Shown one piece after another: positions 62,931-64,000 of a DNA stretch of 64,000 bases. The first letter of the stretch is position 1. Each line of letters opens with the position of its first letter. The stretch is from a virus: positions 23,903 to 87,902 of the IMG/VR virus record IMGVR_UViG_3300037222_000116. One strand, 5' to 3'. The notes beneath the pieces are model-generated. The model was not told the origin of the DNA, made no database searches, and worked only from the letters and a program-made list of their open reading frames with translations. The translations under genes and the position numbers were made by a program.

Positions 62931-63662
62931 ATGAAAACACCATCGTTCAGGTACATGGGAGGTAAGGCGAGGCTCCGCACATGGCTCGTTGAGCACTTCC
63001 CTCGCAGTGGGCGCATATATGCCGAGCCGTTTGTCGGGCGAGGTAATGTGTTTTTTGAGGCGGTGCAGCGGTTGCAGTTCGCTCACTGGCAACTTGCTGA
63101 TCGTGATGCTGGCTTTCTCCAAGCCTTGCTACGCGCTGACCTTGACCGACTACCTGAGATGGTGGACCGCGCTGCATTCGAGACGTTGCGCAATCAAGGG
63201 GGCGACATCGCACTCCTCGTCGAACCTCGTGTGACCTTCGCAGGTAAAGGCTACGCGGCAGGTTTCAGTGGTTCTAGCGGAACGCATGTTGGTTACTCCT
63301 ACAAGAGCTATCGACCCATGTGCCAAGCTGCACGCGAGTTGCTGAAGCGACCGGGCGTTGATGTTGTCAGTGCGTCATGGAATACGCTTAGTTGGGATCA
63401 ACTCAGTGTGGACGATTTCGCCTATTTCGACCCGCCCTATTTTGGCACAAAGGCATCGTATCCGAACATTGATCACGACGCGCTGATGACACTGCTGAAT
63501 GGTGCTCGGTTTCGATGGGCCTTGTCGGGATACGCTGACCCTGCATACGAAGCAAAGTTGCGGTTCATGCAGCGGTTCGAGCGCGAGCGGAATGCCGAAA
63601 TCAAGTCGTCAAACGCTGGAGGAGCGTCACCTGTAATTGAGGTTTTGTGGACGAATTACTAG
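62931..63662 (+). CDS. D12-class N6-adenine DNA methyltransferase
   Basis: RYMGGK, YAEPFVGRG, YFDPPY, WALSGY, EVLWTNY. Confidence 0.9.
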   Translation: MKTPSFRYMGGKARLRTWLVEHFPRSGRIYAEPFVGRGNVFFEAVQRLQFAHWQLADRDAGFLQALLRADLDRLPEMVDRAAFETLRNQGGDIALLVEPRVTFAGKGYAAGFSGSSGTHVGYSYKSYRPMCQAARELLKRPGVDVVSASWNTLSWDQLSVDDFAYFDPPYFGTKASYPNIDHDALMTLLNGARFRWALSGYADPAYEAKLRFMQRFERERNAEIKSSNAGGASPVIEVLWTNY

Positions 63663-63708
63663 TCGTCCCACGTTAAGCTGATTATCAGAGTCACAGAGGA
63701 GAACGAAC

Positions 63709-63999
63709 ATGAACGACATGGGATGGGCAATCAAGCAACTGAAGGATCGCGGGTGCGTGGAACGCGCTGGTTGGAACGGGAAGGGGATGTGTCTATTCCT
63801 CGTCGAGTTCTGGTGGAGCAATAACATCAGCACCAAGGGCGACGAACCTGTCGCCTACGGTGCGCCCGCCGAACATCACGACGCGCTTCGCGGACGGATG
63901 CGAAGCCTCGCCCGAGGCACGCGCCACTGCATCGACGAAGCGGACCAGCGTGCGCAGGCTGTAGCGCGGGCGCTTGGCGTCACCAAGGAGAACGCATGA
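63709..63999 (+). CDS. protein with a DUF2829-like N-terminus
   Basis: GWAIKQLK...RAGWNGKGMCLFLV; GAGGAG RBS. Confidence 0.6.
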   Translation: MNDMGWAIKQLKDRGCVERAGWNGKGMCLFLVEFWWSNNISTKGDEPVAYGAPAEHHDALRGRMRSLARGTRHCIDEADQRAQAVARALGVTKENA

Positions 64000-64000
64000 G

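Noticed and set aside
1-64000. tRNA/rRNA genes and capsid/terminase genes
   Set aside because: No cloverleaf with T-loop consensus and no recognisable capsid or terminase motifs found by eye. Divergent versions could have been missed.

Overview
About 64 kb of a high-GC bacterial virus (phage or provirus) genome. No terminase, portal or major capsid gene could be recognised in the window. The replication and nucleotide block contains ThyX, a RepB-type primase fused to a D5/SF3 helicase, an SNF2-like helicase, a Cas4-like exonuclease, an AAA_24/Sak4-like ATPase, an SSB-like protein and a UDG-DNA polymerase A fusion. An AT-rich stretch of nested inverted repeats beside the primase is the candidate origin. 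The window also has two adenine methyltransferases, several glycosyl- and methyltransferases, ParB-like, DUF932-like, TOPRIM, NUDIX and phosphatase genes, a tyrosine recombinase, a lysozyme-like enzyme, a repeat-rich fibre and peptidoglycan-binding-repeat proteins. The main observation is a shared peptide tag: six mostly unrelated small proteins carry PRxQxLPDL(G) (7 copies), usually followed by an Arg-rich tail. Four protamine-like CK(Y/F)G proteins and about six other proteins carry the simpler 'hydrophobic-(x)-G then Arg-rich' site. My inference is a virion cargo-packaging and Gly-specific maturation-cleavage system reminiscent of adenovirus core-protein processing; a JAB and a zincin peptidase are encoded among these genes. 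An 18-bp palindromic operator (TGTDGCA-N4-TGCHACA) occurs at 8 or more intergenic or gene-start positions, and there are three candidate structured ncRNAs. All calls come from reading motifs by eye; no database search was run.
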